A program made the position numbers and the translations under genes. DNA of 26,969 nucleotides, taken from positions 1 to 26,969 of the IMG/VR virus record IMGVR_UViG_3300016667_000104; one strand, given 5' to 3'. The number at the start of each line of letters is the position of its first letter. Within the stretch, counting starts at the first letter, position 1. The notes beneath the pieces were generated by a model. That model was not told the origin of the DNA. It saw nothing but the letters and a program-made list of their open reading frames with translations, and did not search any database. Origin of the DNA: a virus. Its lineage: Duplodnaviria; Caudoviricetes. This document shows positions 16,334-24,560 of this stretch, piece after piece.

Positions 16334-17571
16334 TTGCCCACCTCTACGCTAGGGAAGTATGTTACGAACAGATCGTTTTCGTTGTCTCTTACGCTCTTGA
16401 TGCGCTTGCTGATTTCATCAAAGAAGTTCCATGCGAGAGGAATAAACGCAATCTTATCTTCAGGTTTGTATGTAGAAAGAATATCAGACGATACAATCGG
16501 AATGCTGATGCCGGGAGTATATCGACCTTGCTTCAACGGATTGTCATCGATGATGCAATCCAGTCTCAACTTTGTCCAGTTAATCAACGTCATACCCTTT
16601 GCAGCAGCGCCATAACCGATCAACTTATATCCGCCTTCGCGAAGCTGCGATTCGATCAGTTGCAGATCATGAAGAATCCACTGGCAGTTATTCTCATATT
16701 GCTCATAGACTTCTTCATTGTAAAGATCGCCGTCCATTGCAACCAAGTTCTTCACGTTTTCTGGACGCCTATCGATCTTGGACACAACAAAGATGTAGCT
16801 GTTGCCATGCAGAGGGCATCTGACCATATCAACCAAGAATAGACCGGCTCGCTTACACAACTCGTTCATAGAATTGGTATTGTAAAACGAGATATGTTCG
16901 TGATAGATTGTGTCGAACTCATTGTTAAGGATCATGTCCGCCTGAGAAGTCTGGATGAACATAAGAGAATGATTAGACATAACCTTAGAGGCCGACTTCA
17001 AGAAGCCGAGCGGATCATAGTTGTGTGCAAATACATTCTGAGCCACAATCAGGTCGAAGTCTGAAGTTATTTCTAACTTCTTCACGAACTCATCATCAAA
17101 GTACTCAGCCCAAACAACGTGGTTCTTCGAAGAAAGTTCAAGCAGGTTTTCAGCAGGATCAACACCGTAAGTCTGCATTTCCTTATCTTTGAAAAAATTC
17201 AACTGTGTGCCATCATTACATCCAATGTCGAGAACATCAACAGGACGCCTCTGTGTCATGTTGAAGAAGTACTCATAAGCATAACCAGCAAACCATTTGC
17301 AGTGGTCATTCATGGTCTTAGATGTGCCGGTTACATACAGATAGTCCTTGAACATTAGATCAGGATTAACCGCATGAGTTAGCTGAACGTGAAAACACTT
17401 CTTACAGTGATTGATAGCCAATGGAAAAATAGGCTGTGCTTCATCCTTGTTAAGCTTGTATGAGTTGGCTAGAGGCTGACTACCAAGATCAAGTGTTAGC
17501 TTCAGATCGGATGACCCGCAAGCTAGACAGTGTGTGATTGCTTCTACATTGGAGTTTTCAAACATATACAT
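16330..17571 (-). CDS. NDP-sugar C-methyltransferase (TcaB9/NovU/TylC3 family)
   Basis: Zn domain CLAC...CKKC, LDLG.QPLAN, LDIGCNDG, NVFAH, FDTIYHEH, GYGAAAKG, DDNPLKQG..TPG, LAWNF..EI. Confidence 0.9.
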   Translation of the reverse strand: MYMFENSNVEAITHCLACGSSDLKLTLDLGSQPLANSYKLNKDEAQPIFPLAINHCKKCFHVQLTHAVNPDLMFKDYLYVTGTSKTMNDHCKWFAGYAYEYFFNMTQRRPVDVLDIGCNDGTQLNFFKDKEMQTYGVDPAENLLELSSKNHVVWAEYFDDEFVKKLEITSDFDLIVAQNVFAHNYDPLGFLKSASKVMSNHSLMFIQTSQADMILNNEFDTIYHEHISFYNTNSMNELCKRAGLFLVDMVRCPLHGNSYIFVVSKIDRRPENVKNLVAMDGDLYNEEVYEQYENNCQWILHDLQLIESQLREGGYKLIGYGAAAKGMTLINWTKLRLDCIIDDNPLKQGRYTPGISIPIVSSDILSTYKPEDKIAFIPLAWNFFDEISKRIKSVRDNENDLFVTYFPSVEVGK

Positions 17572-17576
17572 TCTTT

Positions 17577-18122
17577 CTATTGTTTGTGCCAGAACCAAAC
17601 ATTCTGACGCATGATGCCTATTTCTTTCAAGCCTAAACTACCAGCAAACATTGATACCGCATTTGTAACATCCTGTACAGTTCCAATGTCATGACCACAA
17701 TACAGCCCGCCGCGCTTAAGCTTAGGATAGTAGTTCACGCAATCTTTTAGAACCTGCTCATAAGAATGTAGACCGTCAATAAAGATGAAGTCCATACTCT
17801 CATTCGCAAAATGCTTCAACGCTTCATCTGAAGTTGTCTTGTGATGAATGTAGCGATTACTATAAGGCTCAACCTTCTGCATGAAGTTAAAGAATGCGGA
17901 GTTGCAGTCTTTAATTTGACCGCCGTCCCACGCAAACAGATTTCCACCCCAATCGATATATGGTGTATATGGGTCAACACCATGTAGGATAAGATTTGGT
18001 AATGACTCTAGCAGATATTTGGTGGTAACACCCCCATCGGTACCGATTTCGATACCGACAGGGTTCTGGATGTTTTTTAGGTACTCAGGAATGTCCTGAC
18101 CGGGAAGCCAATTATCACTCAT
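17577..18122 (-). CDS. Class I SAM-dependent methyltransferase (Methyltransf_24-like; putative sugar O-methyltransferase), paralog 1
   Basis: GIEIGTDGG, VDPY, DFIFIDGLHSYE..LKD...YY.KLK.GG...GHD. ATGA-coupled start at 18122. Confidence 0.85.
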   Translation of the reverse strand: MSDNWLPGQDIPEYLKNIQNPVGIEIGTDGGVTTKYLLESLPNLILHGVDPYTPYIDWGGNLFAWDGGQIKDCNSAFFNFMQKVEPYSNRYIHHKTTSDEALKHFANESMDFIFIDGLHSYEQVLKDCVNYYPKLKRGGLYCGHDIGTVQDVTNAVSMFAGSLGLKEIGIMRQNVWFWHKQ

Positions 18123-19159
18123 AGCTTGATCCACTCGTCGTTTGCAAGAGACCACTCAACAACTTCGCTGATACGCTCCTTGAGGGTGAGCTTTGGCTCC
18201 CAACCAAGTTCACGCATGAATGAGCCGTCCAGACCATAACGAAGGTCGTGACCAGGACGAGATGAGTGGAAGTCAATCATCTCATACTTCAGTTCTTTGC
18301 CTTCAGCCGCCGCAATCATCTTGGCCAGAGACAGATTATCAATCTCTTCGCGACCGACAACGTTGAACTTTGGACACTTAGCGCCGCCAAAATCACGTTG
18401 AGCGACCTTCGCCTTCTGCTCATCATTCATGTGAAGCAGGAAGTACATAGCTTCTGCAACATCGCGGGCATGAATGTAGAACCGAGAACCAGGAACAGTC
18501 TTGGTCGGATCAGAGTGAATGGTCACAACATCGCCATCGCGAACTTTACGAATGCACATTGGAATGTACTTCTCTGGATGTTGACGCTCACCAAACACAT
18601 TCATCGTGTGTGTGATGTAGATAGGCAGATTGTAAGTATTCTCAAACGCAACACAGAACTCTTCACCAGCAGCCTTAGAAGCCGAATACGGATTGGTAGA
18701 GTTATAACGGTCACGCTCCTTGTAGAGAATACCGTTTGGTGCGGGACCGAACACTTCGTCGGTGCTGAAGTAGATGAAACGCTCAAGATTCGGAAGAGTA
18801 CGAGCGTAGTTCAACAGATTGACAGTACCGACGGTATTGTCCATACAGAACTCCATCGGGTGAGAGATAGAGCGATCAACGTGACTTGAAGCCGCAAGAT
18901 GCATGATGATGTTGATATCACCCAAGAAGTTGCGAGACAGGTCACTAATCTCGGCTCTCAAATCATGCCAAACAATCTTGACACGCTTCTGCACATCCTT
19001 AGGATGACGCGATACCAGATCGTTAAGTCTGTTAAGATTGCCCGAATAGTCGAGACGGTCGAGAGAGATAATCTCCCAGTCAGTAGTCTTCAGGAAATGG
19101 TCAATAACATGATGTGCAATGAAACCGGCACCACCTGTTATTAGAACTCGCTTTGTCAT
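18119..19159 (-). CDS. rmlB: dTDP/UDP-glucose 4,6-dehydratase (RmlB-like extended SDR)
   Basis: ITGGAGFI, HLAASSHVDRSI, STDEVFG catalytic motif, NPYSASK, QHPEK.IP, RPGHD.RY. Start MTKRVL after a GAGGT SD. Confidence 0.88.
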   Translation of the reverse strand: MTKRVLITGGAGFIAHHVIDHFLKTTDWEIISLDRLDYSGNLNRLNDLVSRHPKDVQKRVKIVWHDLRAEISDLSRNFLGDINIIMHLAASSHVDRSISHPMEFCMDNTVGTVNLLNYARTLPNLERFIYFSTDEVFGPAPNGILYKERDRYNSTNPYSASKAAGEEFCVAFENTYNLPIYITHTMNVFGERQHPEKYIPMCIRKVRDGDVVTIHSDPTKTVPGSRFYIHARDVAEAMYFLLHMNDEQKAKVAQRDFGGAKCPKFNVVGREEIDNLSLAKMIAAAEGKELKYEMIDFHSSRPGHDLRYGLDGSFMRELGWEPKLTLKERISEVVEWSLANDEWIKL

Positions 19160-19166
19160 TATAACC

Positions 19167-19898
19167 TCACTTCTTTTTATAACCAGCAAATGTAACTTGA
19201 TTGTCGTTATATGTATATTCGACTCCAAACTTGTCCCTCATGTACTTTGGGAAGAAGTCGCGCATTAGATAATCCATCTCTTGTTGGGCTACCGTCTTAT
19301 CGTACCAGCTTTCTGGACGCATATGCTTTACCGTTGTTTCGTGGACAACATGTGCTGTACATTGTAGCAGATAACATAACACTTTGTCAATACCCCATTC
19401 AGAAACTTTGTAGCGATAGTCACCTAAAAAGTCTAAGAACTTGTGGAAAATATCGTTGCGGAAGAACGGAACTCCAGTCTCAATGAAGTTGGTCTCCGAG
19501 AAGACTAGCTCTGGCTTATGCTTTAGGCAGTCATAGAAGTTATATGATATAGCCGCCTGCTGGAACAATCTGAAATCAAACTGGCGCGCCAAGTCTAATG
19601 CACGGTTAACAGACTGGATATCAGTAGCATAGTCATCATCCCATGTACCAATATAGTCGTAATCTTCCCACTTGATCATCTTACAGACTTCTTCAATGAG
19701 ATGGAACTTTAGACCCTTCTTACGAATGATCATATCATATGTTCCAGGCTCAGGCTCGAAATCGTCCTTGTATACCACAACACACGTATCATATGTGCGC
19801 TCAGGCTTTGTGTAGCGCCAATGATTGCTCTTGTCGTACTCTTCTGAGAAGTAGATGTTAGTTGCTGTTGGAGTTATAATTAAAGCGCGGCGTTTCAT
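19167..19898 (-). CDS. DUF707-like putative GT-A glycosyltransferase
   Basis: YDYIGTWDDD (DxD), TNFIE..VP.F, WGID motifs. Confidence 0.65.
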   Translation of the reverse strand: MKRRALIITPTATNIYFSEEYDKSNHWRYTKPERTYDTCVVVYKDDFEPEPGTYDMIIRKKGLKFHLIEEVCKMIKWEDYDYIGTWDDDYATDIQSVNRALDLARQFDFRLFQQAAISYNFYDCLKHKPELVFSETNFIETGVPFFRNDIFHKFLDFLGDYRYKVSEWGIDKVLCYLLQCTAHVVHETTVKHMRPESWYDKTVAQQEMDYLMRDFFPKYMRDKFGVEYTYNDNQVTFAGYKKK

Positions 19899-20784
19899 GA
19901 TATGATTTGTCCTCAAATACGTTGGTTTTGAACCACTTGCGGAATCGACCTAGATCCATATACTTGCTTGGTCTATAGTCTGTCAGAAGTGGCTGAAGAT
20001 ACATCTCTTCATACTTTTCTGGATTCTGATCCACTTCAATAATGGCATTGATAAAAGCCTCATCATTCTGGTAGTCATGCCAATTTAAAAAGGCTTTGGT
20101 GTTAAAGTCGCATGAGATAGTTGTGCTACCCCAATAGATAGGTATCGTCTTTCCAAGATATGCTTCAAATAGCTTCTCGGTTGCATAACCAGGATGGCTA
20201 GAATTTTCAAAACACATATTGAACTTGTAGTCTTTAAGAAACTCAATTTTACCATCTACGCCCGCAGGGAGAATACCGCCCATATTGTTGAATAGAGGAC
20301 CAGCAGCATCAATACGCTTGTATTGACTCAGTTTCATAAAGAACTCATTGCGCTTCTGGCAGCCACCGTTCTTTACGACGAATGAACAGAACTTATCCTT
20401 AAACTTCTTGTTTAGATCGCTACCAGTACGAGCCTGTTGTGCCTCTGCGATAAGAGGAACATTGCGGCTTGGATTATCGAACTCATATAGAACGTAGAGA
20501 GGAAGTCTGAAATTCTTCTCATCTTCAATGTGATCAAAAGTAATCGAATAGTCGCAAGAGTAATCTTGTGGACGTTGGTTTTCTCCTGTGAAGAAAATCT
20601 TACGAATACCACGATTGTCATAGCGAGAGTTTGAGTTACCAAAGTTTCGATCACCAAAAATCAGAAACTCAGGATTGGCATCATCTCGAACAATCGTATA
20701 GTCTTCTGATAGAACTGTTGTGAAAAAGTTCTCAACTGCGCCGAAGGTGTCGGCGAAGCCAAGCTTAAGAATAGGCTTTGTCAT
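19858..20784 (-). CDS. Glycosyltransferase family 10 (alpha-1,3/4-fucosyltransferase-like)
   Basis: FTGEN.RP, KFCSFVV.N, and the alpha-1,3-FucT motif K.EFLKDYKFNMCFENSSHPGYATEKLFEAY....IPIYWG. Confidence 0.9.
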   Translation of the reverse strand: MTKPILKLGFADTFGAVENFFTTVLSEDYTIVRDDANPEFLIFGDRNFGNSNSRYDNRGIRKIFFTGENQRPQDYSCDYSITFDHIEDEKNFRLPLYVLYEFDNPSRNVPLIAEAQQARTGSDLNKKFKDKFCSFVVKNGGCQKRNEFFMKLSQYKRIDAAGPLFNNMGGILPAGVDGKIEFLKDYKFNMCFENSSHPGYATEKLFEAYLGKTIPIYWGSTTISCDFNTKAFLNWHDYQNDEAFINAIIEVDQNPEKYEEMYLQPLLTDYRPSKYMDLGRFRKWFKTNVFEDKSYHETPRFNYNSNSN

Positions 20785-21805
20785 TAATGATCTGCTCCTC
20801 AATCCAATTGTAAGTCCATGTTATACCATCTTTTAGATCATACTTTGGTGTCCAGCCAAGCTTCTCTTCAATCAAGCGATTATGAGAATTGCGACCGCGA
20901 ACACCAGTTGGTCCGTCCATGTGGTGGATAAGAACTTCTTTACCACGAACACCTGAAGCAATAAACACAAGCTGATTAATTGTAACCATTTCTTCGGAGC
21001 CAATATTCACAGGACCCATGAAGTCTGACTGCATAAGAAGACGCACAGCATCAATACAGTCATCAATATATAGAAACGATCTGGTCTGCTGACCATCACC
21101 CCAAATATCGATTACGCCATCCGATTCGATTACCTTACGACAGATAGCGGCAGGAGCTTTTTCTTTGCCGCCGCGCCAGGTTCCCCAAGGACCATAGATG
21201 TTATGGAAACGACCAATGCGAACAGGGATGCCATAGTTACGATTATACGCAAGATATAGACGTTCACTGAATAGCTTCTCCCAACCATACTCTGAGTCTG
21301 GATTAGCAGGATATGCAGATGACTCTTCACAGTTTGGCTTAGAAGGATCAAGCTGATTGTGTTCAGGATACATGCAAGCTGAGGACGAATAGAAAATCTT
21401 AGTACGATTGCAATCGTGATTCTTATTATATTTCTGCACAGCGTCAAGCACATTAAGATTGATCGTAGCAGAGTTATGCATAACATCAGCATCATGTTCA
21501 CCAGTAAAGATATAACCGGCGCCACCCATGTCAGCCGCAAACTGATAAATTTCATCAAACGGAAGATCAAACTGCATAGCAAAAATTTCATGCGGATTTC
21601 TATTGCAGCCCGCATAGCCAATCAACTCTTGAACATTAATTGGATCACGAAGGTCGCGAACTACGAAGTGATCAGCAGCAGACTCACCAAACTCTGGTCG
21701 CTTCAAGTCAACGCCGCGAACCCAATAACCTTCACGCTTTAAACGATTGACCATATGATTGCCGATGAAACCGCCGGCACCAAGTACAAGTGCTGTCTTA
21801 GTCAT
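20765..21805 (-). CDS. GDP-mannose 3',5'-epimerase (GME-like extended SDR)
   Basis: GAGGFIG, AADMGG, SSSACMYP (catalytic Cys), YGWEK, RFHNIYGP.GTW.GG.EKAPAA.CRK, GVRGRNS, all matching plant GME signatures. Confidence 0.88.
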   Translation of the reverse strand: MTKTALVLGAGGFIGNHMVNRLKREGYWVRGVDLKRPEFGESAADHFVVRDLRDPINVQELIGYAGCNRNPHEIFAMQFDLPFDEIYQFAADMGGAGYIFTGEHDADVMHNSATINLNVLDAVQKYNKNHDCNRTKIFYSSSACMYPEHNQLDPSKPNCEESSAYPANPDSEYGWEKLFSERLYLAYNRNYGIPVRIGRFHNIYGPWGTWRGGKEKAPAAICRKVIESDGVIDIWGDGQQTRSFLYIDDCIDAVRLLMQSDFMGPVNIGSEEMVTINQLVFIASGVRGKEVLIHHMDGPTGVRGRNSHNRLIEEKLGWTPKYDLKDGITWTYNWIEEQIINDKAYS

Positions 21806-22700
21806 TATACTTCTCCATAATCTTATCTTTCCACTCTACGGTGCGATCATACTGGTGGACGATGCAATACTTCTCACCCTTATCATTTAGGACATATCCA
21901 TCCAAGAACACTGGCTGAATGTCATCATACATTGTTTGATATACAATGTGCTGTGAAGGTGTAGTGCCATATCGCATACCAAGATCACCCTTACCAGACT
22001 TCACTGCTTCAAGAGTAGTACCAAGCTGAATAGCCCAGCGATCTCTGTTATCAGAGAAATGTGTCATGCTCTCAATAGGATCCTGATTGAGTAGAATGTT
22101 ATACACAGCCTGATCTACAATTGGAATAGGACGATTGATCGACATTTGGAAGATCAAGAACAGAAGATCGGTGACAGTGCGCGAATAGCCAGCAATAGTA
22201 CCTACGTTATAGATTGTACCACTCTTGTAGATATTGTGAAAGTATGGACCGAAAGCTTCAAGAAGATTCTGGTTGCCCCACGGCTCATCTTCATAACGAA
22301 GACCTTCAGAAGAAGCGATGAGTCTTGGATTGTTCTCGTTTAAATAACTATCCAAGACTTCGGTAGGATCAGTCTGAAACACAACATCTCTGGTGTCGGT
22401 GGTGATTACATAATCGTACTGAAAGAATCTATCCTTGAGATAGTTCCAAATGTAGAAGAAACGTTCTACGTGTGGTGCACCTTGGCTGTTAGCCTTGAAG
22501 CTGCCGTCAGGCTGTTGCTGACCATATACTTGCACATTCACATCTTCACTAGCGAGCTTATCGATTGTCTCCTTTGAGATATTGGTCGCAACGATTGCGA
22601 TATCTCCAGTATAACCTGAACGCTTGATTGAGTTGACCCAATACTTGAGATGATCCCAGGTGTACCCAGAAGCGCCGCCGATAATTAATGATTTAGCCAT
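21798..22700 (-). CDS. Putative GT-A glycosyltransferase
   Basis: ERF, TDTRDVVFQ.DP, N.GTIAG, DQAVYN, IVHQYDR motifs. Confidence 0.65.
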   Translation of the reverse strand: MAKSLIIGGASGYTWDHLKYWVNSIKRSGYTGDIAIVATNISKETIDKLASEDVNVQVYGQQQPDGSFKANSQGAPHVERFFYIWNYLKDRFFQYDYVITTDTRDVVFQTDPTEVLDSYLNENNPRLIASSEGLRYEDEPWGNQNLLEAFGPYFHNIYKSGTIYNVGTIAGYSRTVTDLLFLIFQMSINRPIPIVDQAVYNILLNQDPIESMTHFSDNRDRWAIQLGTTLEAVKSGKGDLGMRYGTTPSQHIVYQTMYDDIQPVFLDGYVLNDKGEKYCIVHQYDRTVEWKDKIMEKYND

Positions 22701-23440
22701 GGTAGATTACCCTTATAGATTTCGAGTTGTTTTTGATTGCCTTGAATGAAGAAGTCTTTCGTTACAGAACCTTCATTACCATCCAGACGATAGCAGAGTG
22801 TATGCTTCATGCTGCCTTCCCACTTGCAGTGATCCTTGACAGAATAGAAGTATCTGCGATCACCGCCCCAACCAGAGTGCCAAAGATTGCAAGATGCTTG
22901 AATGAAATCACATCTGAATGCGAATGAAGAAGTGTCGATTAAGAACTGAGGATTGTCATGTGTCAAGAAAATAGGCCACTTACCTAGAGCTTCGCAGTTA
23001 TCATCACAGACATACTCTTTGTCAGGCGTGAAGATTTTGCGGAAAGAATAAGCGAAGTCGAAGCCTCTATCAAGAACCTCGACAAGAGTCTTAACGTGAT
23101 CTGGCTCATACCAGTTGTCTTCATCAAGGAAGAAGACATAATCTGAATTGAGAAAGTGCGGATAACCAGCATAGATGCGGTGACCATAGAAGTCACCGCC
23201 CGTTTTACCAGTGTTTTCAGGAATGCTTGTGGTTTGGATGCCACGACTAGGTAAGCCTGGAATAGCCTCCATGACCACTTCCATCATTTTATCAGCATAT
23301 TGCTTGTGACCGTCAGCGACGATGATATGCTTGACGTTAGTGTATGTCTGCGCCTGAACGGAGCGAATAGCATCGGCTAGCTTAGGTGAGCCGATAGACG
23401 GTGTGAGAACCGTAACTGATCTTTCAATATTGAGTTTCAT
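22685..23440 (-). CDS. Glycosyltransferase family 2
   Basis: VTVLTP...AIRSVQAQTY....IIVADG, YVFFLDEDNWY..DH, IDTSS, GGDR. Start MKLNI at 23440. Confidence 0.85.
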   Translation of the reverse strand: MKLNIERSVTVLTPSIGSPKLADAIRSVQAQTYTNVKHIIVADGHKQYADKMMEVVMEAIPGLPSRGIQTTSIPENTGKTGGDFYGHRIYAGYPHFLNSDYVFFLDEDNWYEPDHVKTLVEVLDRGFDFAYSFRKIFTPDKEYVCDDNCEALGKWPIFLTHDNPQFLIDTSSFAFRCDFIQASCNLWHSGWGGDRRYFYSVKDHCKWEGSMKHTLCYRLDGNEGSVTKDFFIQGNQKQLEIYKGNLPWLNH

Positions 23441-23454
23441 GAGATATCCATAAT

Positions 23455-23484
23455 AAAAAGAGGATGCTAGTATATAGCACCCTC
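23455..23484 (-). terminator. Intrinsic terminator after pstS, overlapping the glycan-operon promoter
   Basis: GAGGGTGCTA-TATAC-TAGCATCCTC followed by TTTTT. Confidence 0.7.
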
Positions 23485-23497
23485 TCCAGATTGTCAA
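23469..23497 (-). promoter_or_regulatory. Sigma70 promoter for the glycan operon (TTGACA-N17-TATACT)
   Basis: Minus strand TTGACA ATCTGGAGAGGGTGCTA TATACT. Confidence 0.8.
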
Positions 23498-23500
23498 CTA

Positions 23501-24466
23501 TTACTTTAGAGGGATAAGACCCTTATCTGCTAGGTAGCCTTCTTCACCGATAGCACCTTCACTCTGATACTCTTCCATGAACTTCTTCAAATTTGGAATA
23601 GTGTCAAAATGATCAGCCTTGAAATAGACATAAAGCTTACGAGAGATTGGATAATCTCCTGCTGCAATAGCGTCATACTCTGGAGCAACATCATTGATGA
23701 TAGCGCCTTGGATGCTGTTCAGATTCTCTTCCAAGAATGAATAGCCAAAGATTCCAAGAGCATGTGGATTAGCTTGAAGCTTTTGAACGATCAGGTTGTC
23801 ATTCTCACCTGCTTCGACATATGCACCATCTTCACGAACAGACCTACAGAAAGTCTTTTCATCATCGGCGGAAACAATGATACCATTATTCTTGATATCA
23901 GCCTTGCATTCCTTTTCAAACACCAACTCTACGAAAGAGTCGCGGGTGCCTGAGGTGGGCGGCGGGCCTAGAACTTCAATCTTATCTGCTGGAAGATCAG
24001 GACGAATCTCATTCCAGGTCTTCACAGTATTCTCGGTGAAATTGCCATTTACGACGACATACTTAGCCAATGCCTTGTAGATATCGTTGGTTGTCAGCTT
24101 CATACCAGGATGTTCTTTTGACATTGCAAGTACGATAGCGTCTAGACCAATGGTGATCTGTTCTATGTGTTCGACACCATTCTTCGTGCAAGTATCAAGT
24201 TCTTCAGGCTTAATTTCACGCGATGCATTCACTGCGTCAGGAGTATCTTCTCCATCACCAGCGCAAAATAGTTTCATGCCACCACCAGTGCCTGTTGATT
24301 CAACAATAGGTGCTGGAGCGCCAGTCTTCTTAGAAAACTGTTCTGCAACTGTGGTTGTGAAAGGATAAACTGTAGATGAACCTACAATACGAATAACGTC
24401 TCTAGATGCAAATGCTGGTGCGATAGCAAAGCTAAGAGCAACAGCGGCGATAATGAATTTCTTCAT
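23501..24466 (-). CDS. pstS: Phosphate ABC transporter substrate-binding protein PstS (auxiliary metabolic gene)
   Basis: Signal peptide ending APAFA, IVGSSTVYPF, ESTGTGGG, NASR, GPPPTSGTRDSF, YPISR.LY. Confidence 0.93.
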   Translation of the reverse strand: MKKFIIAAVALSFAIAPAFASRDVIRIVGSSTVYPFTTTVAEQFSKKTGAPAPIVESTGTGGGMKLFCAGDGEDTPDAVNASREIKPEELDTCTKNGVEHIEQITIGLDAIVLAMSKEHPGMKLTTNDIYKALAKYVVVNGNFTENTVKTWNEIRPDLPADKIEVLGPPPTSGTRDSFVELVFEKECKADIKNNGIIVSADDEKTFCRSVREDGAYVEAGENDNLIVQKLQANPHALGIFGYSFLEENLNSIQGAIINDVAPEYDAIAAGDYPISRKLYVYFKADHFDTIPNLKKFMEEYQSEGAIGEEGYLADKGLIPLK

Positions 24467-24477
24467 ACTTTCTCCAT

Positions 24478-24509
24478 AAAAAGAACTGGGGAGACGATTC
24501 TCCCCAGTT
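24478..24509 (-). terminator. Intrinsic terminator immediately upstream of the pstS RBS
   Basis: Perfect 11-bp stem AACTGGGGAGA-ATCG-TCTCCCCAGTT followed by CTTTTT. Confidence 0.8.
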
Positions 24510-24512
24510 TAG

Positions 24513-24560
24513 TTAGCGACCGGATACCCAGTCGTTTTCTTCAGATGTATATGGTATCAT
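24513..24560 (-). CDS. Putative 15-aa peptide MIPYTSEENDWVSGR
   Basis: GAGGAG SD, ATGA coupling to the upstream ORF, stop 3 nt before the terminator stem. Confidence 0.45.
   Translation of the reverse strand: MIPYTSEENDWVSGR

Noticed and set aside
14328-23440. Host chromosomal LPS/O-antigen locus or chimeric assembly
   Set aside because: There are no wzx/wzy/ABC export genes, the strand and tight gene coupling match the flanking phage genes, and phage-style promoters sit at both ends. Read-level confirmation is still advisable.
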